DNA from: Promethearchaeota archaeon
Lineage (GTDB): Archaea; Asgardarchaeota; Lokiarchaeia; Sigyniarchaeales; SOKP01
Direction of reading: 5' to 3'
Assembly (NCBI GenBank): GCA_048937405.1
Contig: JBHLNF010000001.1
Span: 987,114-1,051,113 of the forward strand
DNA: 64,000 nt
Made by a program: the position numbers and the translations under genes. The notes under the pieces were generated by a model. The model worked only from the letters and a program-made list of their open reading frames with translations, had not been told where the DNA came from and ran no database searches. Below are positions 62,194 through 64,000 of the stretch, piece after piece (the stretch's first letter is position 1; each line of letters begins with the position of its first letter).

Positions 62194-63306
62194 ATGGGTA
62201 AAAAAATGAGTCTGAATGAAAAGGGGATGGTAGAAACAATTAAAGATGATGACCTCAAATCTTTTTCTGAATCACACAAAAAACAAAGTACTTTTAAAAA
62301 GATCACTTCAAATTCCTTTCTACATATGGCAATAAAAAAAGGAATTTTCTATTTTGTTGTATTTTTCATCGCCCTCTCATTGGCCTTTCTGATACCACGA
62401 TTGGTAGGAGGGGGCGATGTTTTACAATATATTTATCAAAGACCATCCGGAGTCACTCAGGAGGCGTGGAATGAGGAGATAAAGGAGTTGGAAGAGTATT
62501 TAGGATTAAATTATCCTCTTCATATCCAATATATTAATTTCTTAAGAAGTTTCTTTTTTGAATTTGATTTAGGATATTCTACGTTATTTAGACTTGAACC
62601 GGTAATAAATATAGTTGAAAGAACACTTCCCTTTACTTTAATGTTAGTTGTTCCAGTTTTAATAGTTACTTTTTACGTTGGAAATTGGATTGGGGCCCGT
62701 GCGGGGTATTCTCAAAAAAGAAAAGATAAAATCCCTTATTATGTCTTTATGGTATTACAAACAGCACCATTTTTTTGGATGTCTTATGTATTTGTGGATT
62801 TGTTTATTGTTGAATTAAACTGGTTCCCTTATGGAGAAAGTACACCTAGTTGGGCATGGGATTGGAGAGCAATATATACAATATTTAATCATTTCTGGTT
62901 ACCTTTTGCGGTTTTAAGCCTTACGAATATTGGAGGATGGTCTACTGGAGCATATTCACTTATGACTTTTGAAAAAAATGAGGATTATATAGCTTTTGCA
63001 AATAAATTAGGATTTAGAGATAAAACATTGCGTAAATATGCATTTCGTAATAGTATGTTGCCACAATTTACTGGATTAAATTTACGATTTAATGGATTAA
63101 TTGGGGCGACATTGATTACGGAAGTAATCTTTAGATTTCCTGGTTTAGGTTATACAATGCTTCAAGCTTTTAACAATCATGATTATAATTTGATTATTGG
63201 AACTTTTATAGTGACTATTATAGTAGTGGTTTTGGGAAATTATTTAATAGATATGTGTTATGCTATACTTGATCCTAGAATACGAGTTGGAGGTAAAGGT
63301 GAGTAA
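62194..63306 (+). CDS. ABC transporter permease (OppB/DppB-like)
   Basis: LGLNYPLHIQY, TLPFTL, EDYIAFA...RNSMLP, EVIFRFPGLG, LDPRIR. Confidence 0.93.
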   Translation: MGKKMSLNEKGMVETIKDDDLKSFSESHKKQSTFKKITSNSFLHMAIKKGIFYFVVFFIALSLAFLIPRLVGGGDVLQYIYQRPSGVTQEAWNEEIKELEEYLGLNYPLHIQYINFLRSFFFEFDLGYSTLFRLEPVINIVERTLPFTLMLVVPVLIVTFYVGNWIGARAGYSQKRKDKIPYYVFMVLQTAPFFWMSYVFVDLFIVELNWFPYGESTPSWAWDWRAIYTIFNHFWLPFAVLSLTNIGGWSTGAYSLMTFEKNEDYIAFANKLGFRDKTLRKYAFRNSMLPQFTGLNLRFNGLIGATLITEVIFRFPGLGYTMLQAFNNHDYNLIIGTFIVTIIVVVLGNYLIDMCYAILDPRIRVGGKGE

Positions 63307-63311
63307 TAAAG

Positions 63312-64000
63312 ATGACTGAAGAAATATTATTTGATATAAAAGGTCATGAATTAGAGGATAGATCTTTTAAAGAAATCTTAAAAGAGAAATATCATAATAT
63401 TATAACTCGATATAAGGCTCAAGTTATCTTACTTTTTGTTTTTTTTGTTATAATATTAATAATTGTAATTTTAACATTTATTCCTCCCTTTAATAAACCT
63501 GATAAAGTTTATTGGGTGGGTGGTTATAGAGATAATTTTCATGATCCAACATTAAAACATCTTTTAGGGACTGATCAACATGGAAGGGATTACTTAACTC
63601 GTCTATTGCATGCTATTAGAAATTCTTTAGCATTTGGTTTTATCACTGGTTTACTATGTACTGGAATAGCTGTATTTATCGGTATAATTGGACCCTTTAA
63701 AGGAGGAGTTTCAGATACAACTACTTCATTTATTACAAATATCGCTTTAGTTTTCCCTCAGATACCTTTTATTTTGTTAATGTCGGCTATTTTAAAAACT
63801 CGTGAATGGTGGATAACGATGCTAATTATAGGATTATTCACATGGCCTTGGGCTGCACGTTCTATTAGATCTCAAGTTTTGACTTTAAAAGAAAGAAATT
63901 ATATAAAAGTTGCAAGAATGTCTGGCTTAAAAAGTTCGAAAATAGCTTTCGGAGAAGTTTTACCTAATGTGCTACCCTATATATTCTTGGCTTTTATTAT
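63312..64000 (+). CDS. ABC transporter permease (OppC/DppC-like), truncated by window edge
   Basis: ATG 63312; HLLGTDQHGRDYL, WPWAARSIRSQVLTLKER, EVLPN. Confidence 0.9.
   Translation, partial: MTEEILFDIKGHELEDRSFKEILKEKYHNIITRYKAQVILLFVFFVIILIIVILTFIPPFNKPDKVYWVGGYRDNFHDPTLKHLLGTDQHGRDYLTRLLHAIRNSLAFGFITGLLCTGIAVFIGIIGPFKGGVSDTTTSFITNIALVFPQIPFILLMSAILKTREWWITMLIIGLFTWPWAARSIRSQVLTLKERNYIKVARMSGLKSSKIAFGEVLPNVLPYIFLAFI

Overview
AT-rich archaeal chromosome segment. The gene content points to an Asgard archaeon, probably Lokiarchaeia (inferred): archaeal/eukaryote-type ribosomal proteins S24e, S27ae, S28e, L7Ae, L24e and S6e, KEOPS Kae1/Bud32, PAN, deoxyhypusine synthase, Fae-Hps, two gelsolin-like proteins, an LRR-PCI-TIR protein and several C-terminally anchored surface proteins. 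The main result is at 10141-11897 and is absent from the ORF track. RNA polymerase subunit Rpo10/RpoN is split by a 31-nt insertion that folds into a bulge-helix-bulge (BHB) splice motif. Cutting at the standard BHB positions restores the conserved ...CCKRMIVSHVDLID... sequence exactly. A free-standing two-motif LAGLIDADG endonuclease gene lies immediately downstream on the opposite strand and is frameshifted by a 41-bp tandem duplication. Beyond it is an orphan, synonymously diverged second copy of the rpo10 3' end. Together these look like a homing element that replaced the end of an essential gene with an intron-protected allele. Other notable items are a probable AUU start and K-turn-like leader for L7Ae, a pseudogenised archaeosortase beside PGF-type surface proteins, a juxtamembrane HFS-motif protein paired with a transmembrane wHTH regulator, three unannotated microproteins, and a GH1/GH94/GH130/ABC beta-glycan utilisation locus. 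I saw no rRNA, tRNA or CRISPR array. All product calls come from motif recognition by eye; no database search was run.
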